In this document: piece by piece, positions 10,229 to 18,128 of the stretch
Layout: the number at the start of each line of letters is the position of its first letter
How positions within the stretch are numbered: the stretch's first letter is position 1
Program-made: the position numbers and the translations under genes
Notes under the pieces: model-generated
The model's database searches: none
The model's input: only the letters and a program-made list of their open reading frames with translations
Told to the model about the DNA's origin: nothing
DNA from: an uncultured virus (IMG/VR IMGVR_UViG_2648501222_000009)
Taxonomy: Duplodnaviria; Heunggongvirae; Uroviricota; Caudoviricetes
Virus record (IMG/VR): IMGVR_UViG_2648501222_000009
Length of the DNA: 64,000 bases
Reading direction: 5' to 3' (one strand)

Positions 10229-10988
10229 TTAGTTGCCCGGCATCAGGCGGAACTGGTTAAGCAGCGCAAACACGCGCAGCTGGTTAATGAGGGTGCCGGT
10301 CCACAGGACATCAACACGGTTCGGGTTCTGGCTGTTGCGCTCGACTTTCAGGCCTTTGGCAAACCCTTTCGCGTCCTGCACATGACCGTTAAATTCCAGG
10401 AAGCCATACTGGGCGATCAGTTCTGCTTTAATGATATTCGGCGTGACGATTGCAGCCCCCGGCGCAAAACGGGTGCCGTCTTCTGCCAGCTTCATACGCC
10501 CGAATTTACTGGTCACCTGGGTACGCAGATAGCGTGATACAAACATCAGCAGATACAGGGTTTCCACCTGCAGATAACTGTCGTCATTGTCGCCGTAGGC
10601 ATTTTTCTGGTAGGTCGTGATGATATTCTCAACCCGCACGGTACCGTCATCGTCCACGGTAAATGTGGAAATGCCGCTGTGCAGCAGATTGTTACGCTCG
10701 GTCAGTTCAAGAATCTTCGTGTCGTCCGGCGGCAGCACACCACTGATAACCAGCGTCTGTAACGGGCGGCCCGGGTCATTACGCAGGCTCTGGGCAATGG
10801 CACCGGTATATGCCGCACTCCACTGATAATCCGGTGAGGGTGAACCGTTGACCCCGAGCAGTGAGGCATGCTGGTCGTTACGCTTTTCACCAAGATCAGC
10901 CAACTGACCATAAGTGCCGGTGATCACCCCGTAGCTGTGTCCGTATAACTGTTTGTCCCACGCCCAGCGGTCTGCCAGAAAGGTTTTC
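10229..10988 (-). pseudogene. Outer prophage tail sheath (Mu gpL-like), 3' fragment
   Basis: Reads KTFLADRWAWDKQLYGH... and joins in frame with 45240-45967 to give 493 aa. Confidence 0.93.
10983..10988. repeat. Target site duplication GTTTTC, left copy
   Basis: Identical to 45240-45245; directly precedes the TG terminus. Confidence 0.92.
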
Positions 10989-11031
10989 TGATGCGCCGCG
11001 CGATAAATAAGCCCGTATCCGTGAGATAAAT
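10989..11031 (+). repeat. Left end with two putative transposase-binding sites
   Basis: TGAT, GATAAAT at nt 14-20 and GTGAGATAA at nt 33-41, mirrored at the right end. Confidence 0.85.
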
Positions 11032-11081
11032 GGTACCGCTGCGGCGTTTCAATATATGCAAAAGAATTACAATCTTACATA

Positions 11082-11648
11082 TCACTCCGGCCTTTGAACA
11101 CCAGCCGGAAAGTACCGATAGAGTGTCGATAATCCCACACCGTAAATAATGGCCAACTGATGGCGTGTATATCCTTTAACTAATAATCGTCCAATCTGCT
11201 CTCTCTCATGGGGCTTTAGTGCATTTGGCCTTCCACCTATACGTCCCTGTACTCTCGCAGCGGCCAGTCCGGCCAATGTCCGTTCCACTATCAACTCGCG
11301 CTCCATTTCTGCCAGTGCTGACATGACATGAAAGAAAAAACGGCCCATAGCAGTGCTGGTATCGATACTGTCCGTCAGTGATCGGAAGTGTGCGCCCCGT
11401 TCGTGCAAATCAGATATCAGGGTTATGAGGTTTTTGACACTGCGCCCGAGTCTGTCCAGCTTCCACACAACAAGAGTATCGCCACTATTAATGCACTTTA
11501 AAGCACGTTTAAGGCCCGGACGGCTGGCCACTTTTCCGCTCATGCGGTCTTCAAAAATGCGGTCACAATTTGCGCTTGTGAGTGCATTACGCTGCAAATC
11601 ACTGTTTTGGTCAATTGTTGATACGCGGATATAGCCGATAACAGCCAT
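11082..11648 (-). CDS. hin: Serine DNA invertase, Hin/Gin/Pin family, very Hin-like
   Basis: GYIRVSTIDQN catalytic Ser motif, LVVWKLDRLGRS, GGRP and STLYRYFPA HTH. Confidence 0.93.
   Translation of the reverse strand: MAVIGYIRVSTIDQNSDLQRNALTSANCDRIFEDRMSGKVASRPGLKRALKCINSGDTLVVWKLDRLGRSVKNLITLISDLHERGAHFRSLTDSIDTSTAMGRFFFHVMSALAEMERELIVERTLAGLAAARVQGRIGGRPNALKPHEREQIGRLLVKGYTRHQLAIIYGVGLSTLYRYFPAGVQRPE
11561..11623. promoter_or_regulatory. Fis-binding recombinational enhancer inside the invertase gene
   Basis: GGTCACAATTTGCGC (11561) and GGTCAATTGTTGATA (11609) are 48 bp apart, as in the hin enhancer. Confidence 0.8.
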
Positions 11649-11711
11649 TGGTTCCTCCTCATTTTTACTGTAATGAGTGGATTATTACGAATTTACACGG
11701 CTGTGGCTGCA

Positions 11712-11727
11712 TTCCTAGAAACCTTGG
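11712..11727. other. hix/gix-type site B (partial, runs into the gap), inverted relative to A and C
   Basis: TTCCTAGAAACCTTGG with central TT at 11724-11725. Confidence 0.85.
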
Positions 11728-12586
11728 NNNNNNNNNNNNNNNNNNNNNNNNNNNNNNNNNNNNNNNNNNNNNNNNNNNNNNNNNNNNNNNNNNNNNNNNN
11801 NNNNNNNNNNNNNNNNNNNNNNNNNNNNNNNNNNNNNNNNNNNNNNNNNNNNNNNNNNNNNNNNNNNNNNNNNNNNNNNNNNNNNNNNNNNNNNNNNNNN
11901 NNNNNNNNNNNNNNNNNNNNNNNNNNNNNNNNNNNNNNNNNNNNNNNNNNNNNNNNNNNNNNNNNNNNNNNNNNNNNNNNNNNNNNNNNNNNNNNNNNNN
12001 NNNNNNNNNNNNNNNNNNNNNNNNNNNNNNNNNNNNNNNNNNNNNNNNNNNNNNNNNNNNNNNNNNNNNNNNNNNNNNNNNNNNNNNNNNNNNNNNNNNN
12101 NNNNNNNNNNNNNNNNNNNNNNNNNNNNNNNNNNNNNNNNNNNNNNNNNNNNNNNNNNNNNNNNNNNNNNNNNNNNNNNNNNNNNNNNNNNNNNNNNNNN
12201 NNNNNNNNNNNNNNNNNNNNNNNNNNNNNNNNNNNNNNNNNNNNNNNNNNNNNNNNNNNNNNNNNNNNNNNNNNNNNNNNNNNNNNNNNNNNNNNNNNNN
12301 NNNNNNNNNNNNNNNNNNNNNNNNNNNNNNNNNNNNNNNNNNNNNNNNNNNNNNNNNNNNNNNNNNNNNNNNNNNNNNNNNNNNNNNNNNNNNNNNNNNN
12401 NNNNNNNNNNNNNNNNNNNNNNNNNNNNNNNNNNNNNNNNNNNNNNNNNNNNNNNNNNNNNNNNNNNNNNNNNNNNNNNNNNNNNNNNNNNNNNNNNNNN
12501 NNNNNNNNNNNNNNNNNNNNNNNNNNNNNNNNNNNNNNNNNNNNNNNNNNNNNNNNNNNNNNNNNNNNNNNNNNNNNNNNNNNNNN

Positions 12587-12610
12587 CTCTCAAACCAAGG
12601 TATTCGAGAA
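12587..12610. other. hix/gix-type site C inside the inner tail fibre gene
   Basis: CTCTCAAACCAAGGTATTCGAGAA with central AA at 12597-12598; encodes LEYLGLR. Confidence 0.88.
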
Positions 12611-13208
12611 GAGCTGCGACAGATTTTCCTGACAAGGCAGTCAGCGTATTATCCAGCGGCTGCTTACCGGCCAGAGCATTCGTCATTGTGGTGGCAAAAT
12701 TTGGATCGTTACCCAAAGCCGCCGCCAGTTCATTCAGTGTATCAAGCGCCTCGGGAGACGATGCAACCAGTGCAGCAAGTGCCGATTTCACAAATGCCGT
12801 TGTGGCAATCTGCGTATTATTAACGGTCTGCGGGGCAGTCGGAGCGGTAGGTGTGCCGGTTAATGCGGGACTGGCCAGAGGTGCGTAGTCAGCAACAACC
12901 GTTTTGACGTGTGCAGTATTGGCCAGTTTGGTGCTGTTATCCGTTTTGACCACCGTCGGTGCCGCCGGATTTCCGGTAAACGTCGGGCTGGCTTTCGGCG
13001 CATACTGGGTATGCGGGTCAGCAGCCTTAATGTGTTCCGAAAGGTCTGAACTGCCTTTTTCAACCTGTTGTTTCAGGTATGAAGTACGGCTGGCCAGTTG
13101 TTTAGCCTGACGGTTAGAAATCCCGTCAGGCCCGCCCAGGACGGGGTCAGAGACCTCAATCTGGTAGATGCCGTCTTCCCACTGCGGGGTTTCGGGTAGG
13201 TTTGCCAT
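12587..13208 (-). CDS. Inner phage tail fibre, constant N-terminal part (variable part lies in the N gap)
   Basis: P2 gpH-like repeats DPHTQYAPKASPTFTG, SPALTGTPTAPT and LDTLNELAAALGNDPNFATT. Confidence 0.9.
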
Positions 13209-13210
13209 AA

Positions 13211-13789
13211 TTAACTGCTCCCGTGGTTATAGCTGCCGTCATAGTTGACGGTATTGTTGTAGCGGATAGCGACAGACTGATACTCCAGGCTCGCCAGATG
13301 GCAGCGGGCCGGTGCAAAAGCAGAGAGGGTTTTGCGTAACAGCGCCGCCTGATCGTTAGTAATGGGCTGCTGAAGGATGACGCGGTAAACCGCCCATGAT
13401 TCCGCATCTCCGTGGACGAAAAGACCGTTGTAACGGTGTTTTCCGTCGTAGCTGATCTGGCCGGTGCCTTCAATCAGATCCACCTCACCGAAGCCGAAAC
13501 GGCGGATAATTTCCCGGATTGACCACGGCGTCCCTTTGTAGCGGTGCAGCTCGATGGCGGATTTGATAAGCATGCGGCGTACATCGTCAGATTCCGCCAG
13601 CTCCCAGCCATCGCCGAACAGCGAGAACTGCTCACCCAGCCACGGCAGTGCGGAGCTGTCGACAATATCAACCAGGCAGACCATCAGTACGCTCAGGTCG
13701 ATGTTATCCAGCCGCCCGGCCAGTCTTCCCAGCGTTCTGAGGCTGACATCACCCTCAAGCGGCGGCGGGAGTTGCAGCCGTTCAGCCAT
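13211..13789 (-). CDS. P2 gpI-like tail protein
   Basis: LPWLGEQFS and IELHRYKGTPWSI motifs. Confidence 0.88.
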   Translation of the reverse strand: MAERLQLPPPLEGDVSLRTLGRLAGRLDNIDLSVLMVCLVDIVDSSALPWLGEQFSLFGDGWELAESDDVRRMLIKSAIELHRYKGTPWSIREIIRRFGFGEVDLIEGTGQISYDGKHRYNGLFVHGDAESWAVYRVILQQPITNDQAALLRKTLSAFAPARCHLASLEYQSVAIRYNNTVNYDGSYNHGSS

Positions 13790-14885
13790 CGGACACCCCG
13801 GTCATGTTCAGCTTAACTGCAGTGCAGTTTGCCCATTCATTTTCGGCCACCACCCGCAGCGCCGGTGTCACCAGTTCGACCTGGTACACTCCGGCAACCG
13901 ACAGCACGCTGATAATCTGGCTGGGAACGATATCACGGCCCAAAGTCGCGGTTCGGGATGCCACCCAGCGCTGTATGGCGCTTTCAGCAGACGCCTTCAC
14001 TGAGTTGGCGTCCCCGTCACGGTAGATCGTGATGTTAGCCTCAATGGCATAATCAACCTGAACAGGTGCTTTAGCCCGCACGGTATCAGTGAGCGGTCTG
14101 ACTTTCTCATCTGAGCAAAAGCTCTCAACCAGAGTGAGGATACTGTCGTCCGGCAGGCCGGTACTGAGCAGCGGATACAGCTCCACAGTGCCCGGAACCG
14201 GAGAAAGAACAGCAACGTCAAGGATATTGGGATGAGCCTGCATGGCATGAAAGCGGTATGCCATACGGCTTCCGGCATTCGTGAATGACTCCGGTGCCAG
14301 CCTGATACGTTCGCGGAGCCTGTCATTATCTTCCTGCTCTGAACCACCGGCGCTGACCGACGGGTTAGTCACCTGCAGGTCGGTGTTGCCAATCTCATCA
14401 AGCAGCTGACTGATCTGCGCCGGTTGCCAGCCGTTTCCGGCAACTCCGGGCTCAGTGCAGGTAGCGGTGACATTGACCAGCAGCAATCCGGCCTTCAGCA
14501 CCACATCAGAATCGGTAGCGAAAATAACGCTGTCGGACGCGCTGACGCGGGTACCCGCCGGAATCAGCACATCAGTATCCTGTGCTGACTCCACAGAGAA
14601 CCGCAGTGTGGTGCTGGCGGGTTGGGCGGCAAGACGGTACACACCGACCAGTTCCCCGAGGTAATCAATCATCGGCTCACGGGAAAAAGCAACCAGATTT
14701 TGTTTGGCTGCCTCCTGTACTGCTACCCGGAGCAGCATTTCCCGGTATGCCCACAGGTCAATCAGCAGGCGCTCAGCCTGTGCGGGATACAGTGTTTTGC
14801 CGGTTGCGGTCTCGTACTGTGCAATCATTTCTGCCGTGATTTTACCGGCATCGCGTTCGATAAAATCGGGTTCTGTCAGCGCCAT
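13782..14885 (-). CDS. Baseplate J-like protein
   Basis: EDNDRLRERIRLAPESFTNAGS and VRPLTD motifs. Confidence 0.9.
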   Translation of the reverse strand: MALTEPDFIERDAGKITAEMIAQYETATGKTLYPAQAERLLIDLWAYREMLLRVAVQEAAKQNLVAFSREPMIDYLGELVGVYRLAAQPASTTLRFSVESAQDTDVLIPAGTRVSASDSVIFATDSDVVLKAGLLLVNVTATCTEPGVAGNGWQPAQISQLLDEIGNTDLQVTNPSVSAGGSEQEDNDRLRERIRLAPESFTNAGSRMAYRFHAMQAHPNILDVAVLSPVPGTVELYPLLSTGLPDDSILTLVESFCSDEKVRPLTDTVRAKAPVQVDYAIEANITIYRDGDANSVKASAESAIQRWVASRTATLGRDIVPSQIISVLSVAGVYQVELVTPALRVVAENEWANCTAVKLNMTGVSDG

Positions 14886-15223
14886 GGCAGCTCCTGAGTT
14901 AAGATTTGTCCGTCAGAGCTTTTCCAGCTCACCCGGAGCGTAAGATGTTCGCCGTCAACGGCAGGTTTGACAGTTATCAGCTGACAACGCGGTTCCCAGC
15001 GGCGTATGGCATCGACAGACTCCCGCACTACATGCGGGATTGCTCTGTCGACAGGCCAGTCAATGTAACGGTGCAGATTACTGCCGAACTCCGGGCGGTG
15101 CGGATCACTGCCACGGGGAGTACGCAGGATTATTTGAATGGCCTGCCGGATATCATCGGCTCCCCGGACGATTTCGCCGGGAGCCTGCAGGGCTGGTTGC
15201 CAGAATACAGAGGTCGTTTTCAT
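14876..15223 (-). CDS. GpW/gp25-like baseplate protein
   Basis: ILRTPRGSDPHRPEFGS and RWEPR motifs. Confidence 0.9.
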   Translation of the reverse strand: MKTTSVFWQPALQAPGEIVRGADDIRQAIQIILRTPRGSDPHRPEFGSNLHRYIDWPVDRAIPHVVRESVDAIRRWEPRCQLITVKPAVDGEHLTLRVSWKSSDGQILTQELPWR

Positions 15224-15229
15224 TGGGGC

Positions 15230-15272
15230 AGTATTGCCCCTGTGAGCCGTTGCCGATATTAAAGGCGTTTAA
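15230..15272 (-). promoter_or_regulatory. Putative activator-dependent late promoter (baseplate wedge/fibre genes)
   Basis: TTAA-ACGCCT-TTAA-N23-AATACT. Confidence 0.7.
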
Positions 15273-15278
15273 GAAGGT

Positions 15279-15875
15279 TCAGTGGGAGTGGTGGTTGGAG
15301 TTATTTCCGTCAGACAGCATATCGCCGGTTGAATGGGCATTTCCGATAATTTCAAGATTACCTTCGATTACCGCAGCATTACCAACACCTCCGGAGCCAG
15401 CCATCCCGCCCCGGTAGGTGAGTTTTCCTTTGACCAGCAGATTACCTGTTACTTCGGTTTCTTCCGCGTCAATTGTCGCTTTTGGTACTTTTACCACCGC
15501 CGATGCGCTGCATTCAATTATTATATGTTCGATACCACCACGGATAATCAGTGTGTGTGAGTCCCGGTTGTAGCTGAACTCAGCTCCGTCTGCGTATTTT
15601 GTACCGCGAACATTTTTATCGCTGAACGGGGGTTTGTCGACACCGGAATATACCGCACCGAGAATCACGCCATCCTCGCCGTTGGCATCCAGCAACACCT
15701 CCACCTGTTCACCCACATCCGGAAGCCAGTAGTCCTTGTTGTTCTGTGTATTGCGCTGCAGCACATTGAGCCAGTTAGTGCGCATATTGTCACACTCAGG
15801 CAGACGGACTCTGGCCTGAACCCTGTCGGCATCGACAGCGCTGACTGTACCGACCTGACGGGTGACATTTGTCAT
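15279..15875 (-). CDS. Baseplate spike gpV
   Basis: PDVGEQV motif and C-terminal HSH. Confidence 0.9.
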   Translation of the reverse strand: MTNVTRQVGTVSAVDADRVQARVRLPECDNMRTNWLNVLQRNTQNNKDYWLPDVGEQVEVLLDANGEDGVILGAVYSGVDKPPFSDKNVRGTKYADGAEFSYNRDSHTLIIRGGIEHIIIECSASAVVKVPKATIDAEETEVTGNLLVKGKLTYRGGMAGSGGVGNAAVIEGNLEIIGNAHSTGDMLSDGNNSNHHSH

Positions 15876-17044
15876 TATTTTTTCTCCTTAATTACTGTTG
15901 ATGTGCTGCCATCCGCCTTGTAGACAGTCAGTGTCTGGTTTTTTCCGGATTTCCGGCCTTTCTTTGCCTTACCCTGCGTCTCCGGACCCCTGGCCACATC
16001 GATTTCTGTGGTATATCCGCTGTTACGATCAAATGCATGCCGGGCAGTGGTTATCAGCCATTGCCCGGATAATCTGCCGAATCCCGTCAGTTCAATTTTA
16101 TTCCCCGCTGTGAGCCGGGGTGTCCCCATCAGCGTCAGGGAGCCACTCTGCTGATATTCGTTGTGTCCGGCCAGCGCTGAATCCGCCTTAATCCTGGCAC
16201 TGTCAGGGTCGCTGACCCGGCTGTTAACCTTCAGAGAGTCGGCACTGGTGGTTTTACCGCCTTTGACCTGTTTGTCGCTTTCACTGGTACCGCCGTCAGC
16301 TTCGTAGACGATAAGCTTTTTATCGCTGCTTTTCTGGTGTTTTACCTTCGCGGATTTATAGACCCTGTTGATGGTGTCACGCAGGGAAAAACCGGCCACA
16401 TCCTGCGGCTTTAACTGCCTGACCGGATCCTGACTCCGCAGCGTGGCCAGATGGGAAAACACCAGCTGGTCGCTGACAACTTTCACGGCATAACCATATT
16501 CACCGGCCAGTCTGCGCAGGAACCCCACATCCGTTTCGGCATACTGGGTTATCCGGTCTATTTTGATGTCCTCAATACTGCCGACCAGCTTCAGCTGATG
16601 CTTTTTGGCAATACGTCCGGCGATGGCTGCCAGCGTGGTGTTTTCGAAACCGCGACTGGATTTTGTCCGCAGTGCGTGATTAACAGAAGTGGCCACTCCC
16701 CTGACAGAGACAACAGACGGCGGCGAGCTGACCTCAATCTCATCTATCGAGAAAGTACCGCATGACAGCAGTTTTTCTCCTGTGTAACCCATTTTCAGTG
16801 TCAGCGTATCGCCTTTGCCCGGATACCATTTATCCAGCCAGCGGCCATCGGTATCATCCAGTTCCAGCTCAATAGTGTCAGACTCACTTTTAATGTTATC
16901 GCTGTATGTCACACGGGTGACATAAGGTGTGATATCGCTGGTGATATTCTTCTGCAGATACCACAAAGTAAACACCGGGCTCAGTACATCACTGACGCCG
17001 GTTAACTCTGGTGCAGCCTGCGGGATGCTGTTTATCTCAGCCAT
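15875..17044 (-). CDS. P2 gpD-like baseplate hub
   Basis: Q..ETDVGFLRRLA..YG motif; synteny X-D-V. Confidence 0.88.
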   Translation of the reverse strand: MAEINSIPQAAPELTGVSDVLSPVFTLWYLQKNITSDITPYVTRVTYSDNIKSESDTIELELDDTDGRWLDKWYPGKGDTLTLKMGYTGEKLLSCGTFSIDEIEVSSPPSVVSVRGVATSVNHALRTKSSRGFENTTLAAIAGRIAKKHQLKLVGSIEDIKIDRITQYAETDVGFLRRLAGEYGYAVKVVSDQLVFSHLATLRSQDPVRQLKPQDVAGFSLRDTINRVYKSAKVKHQKSSDKKLIVYEADGGTSESDKQVKGGKTTSADSLKVNSRVSDPDSARIKADSALAGHNEYQQSGSLTLMGTPRLTAGNKIELTGFGRLSGQWLITTARHAFDRNSGYTTEIDVARGPETQGKAKKGRKSGKNQTLTVYKADGSTSTVIKEKK

Positions 17045-17247
17045 GGGGCAATATCCTCTTCTGTGGCGGTATTCTCTGCCTCAATAACCGGTATCAGTAA
17101 TAACAGACCTGAAGGAAGAACCGACGTGATGGCCACATGCGGATTGGCAGCAATAATCCGGGAATAGCCCAGCGGATCACCATAGTAGTGCCATGCAAGG
17201 GAATCCCATCGTTCCCCGTCACGGGTGATATGTTCAAGAAACATCAC
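17032..17247 (-). CDS. Tail protein X
   Basis: GERWDSLAWHYYG..IIAANP motif. Confidence 0.88.
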   Translation of the reverse strand: MMFLEHITRDGERWDSLAWHYYGDPLGYSRIIAANPHVAITSVLPSGLLLLIPVIEAENTATEEDIAPWLR

Positions 17248-18128
17248 ACACTCCTGGTCATAATTTTTGCGGCCATTTTACTTAATGCCGGGGACATGCG
17301 GGTGAATGTGGTACCGGCAGAATCCAGCTGACCGGAAACAGCATCCAGTGCTGCGGCTATATTGCTGCTGTCCGCCCCGCTGAGCGAGGAGTGAGCCTGC
17401 TGTACATACGTAACCGCATCACTGGTGGCTCTGGCCAGGCTGACGGCATCAGGCATGTACTCTGAAAGCGCATCAAAAGCAGGGAAACTTTTCCCGAGCG
17501 CCCCTGACACATCACCCAGACCGTTCATCAGTCCGGGGACGCGGCTCAGCGCAACAACAGGGTTATCTTTCATTTTTTGTGCTATCCGGACAGCACTGAT
17601 GGTTGTCCGGAGAACAGACTGAGCCTGTTTTGCATAGCTGACGCCGTCGCGGACGAATTGTGCGATACCGGATGGTGACGGAACAGCGTTCGTCACAGCT
17701 CCGGCATCCGGTACCGGCGATTTGACAGCCGGGGGCTTCAGCGGTTTTTTGGGGTCGCCGGTGTACTCACGCAATGATACTGATGCATTCAGTGCCAACA
17801 CATTACCTGTACTGTCAGTCTGTTCGCTGATTGCTGATATATCGGTAATAACAAACCAGCCACGGTAGTCACCGTTTCCGAAGACCAGTGCCAGCGCCTG
17901 ATGAGCTTTCATCGCTGTTCTGAGACGGGCCAGTTCAGTATCCGGCTCACAATAATGCTGATGAAAGACCAGACTGATCATGATTTCGTCGAGTTTATCA
18001 CCGATGAACTGCAGGCCGGGTTTCCCTTCGATGCGGGGATGCTCCGCATAGTCGGTACCGAACGTTGCCTCAAAGCCGTCCCAGTAAGTAATCAGCTCAA
18101 ACTCAATATCCCCTAATACCGCAAACAT
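17244..18128 (-). CDS. P2 gpU-like tail tube initiator
   Basis: MFAVLGDIEF..AEHPRIEGKPGLQFIG..L.EY N-terminal domain. Confidence 0.82.
   Translation of the reverse strand: MFAVLGDIEFELITYWDGFEATFGTDYAEHPRIEGKPGLQFIGDKLDEIMISLVFHQHYCEPDTELARLRTAMKAHQALALVFGNGDYRGWFVITDISAISEQTDSTGNVLALNASVSLREYTGDPKKPLKPPAVKSPVPDAGAVTNAVPSPSGIAQFVRDGVSYAKQAQSVLRTTISAVRIAQKMKDNPVVALSRVPGLMNGLGDVSGALGKSFPAFDALSEYMPDAVSLARATSDAVTYVQQAHSSLSGADSSNIAAALDAVSGQLDSAGTTFTRMSPALSKMAAKIMTRSV

Noticed and set aside
10229..10927. Independent 232-aa sheath gene
   Set aside because: It is the 3' part of the interrupted gene; the frame extends upstream to the insertion junction.
11648..12823. Long plus-strand ORFs across the N run
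   Set aside because: Artefacts of translating Ns.
225..13208. Diversity-generating retroelement acting on the fibres
   Set aside because: No reverse transcriptase and no TR/VR pair visible; the variation is explained by invertase sites, although the N gaps cannot be inspected.
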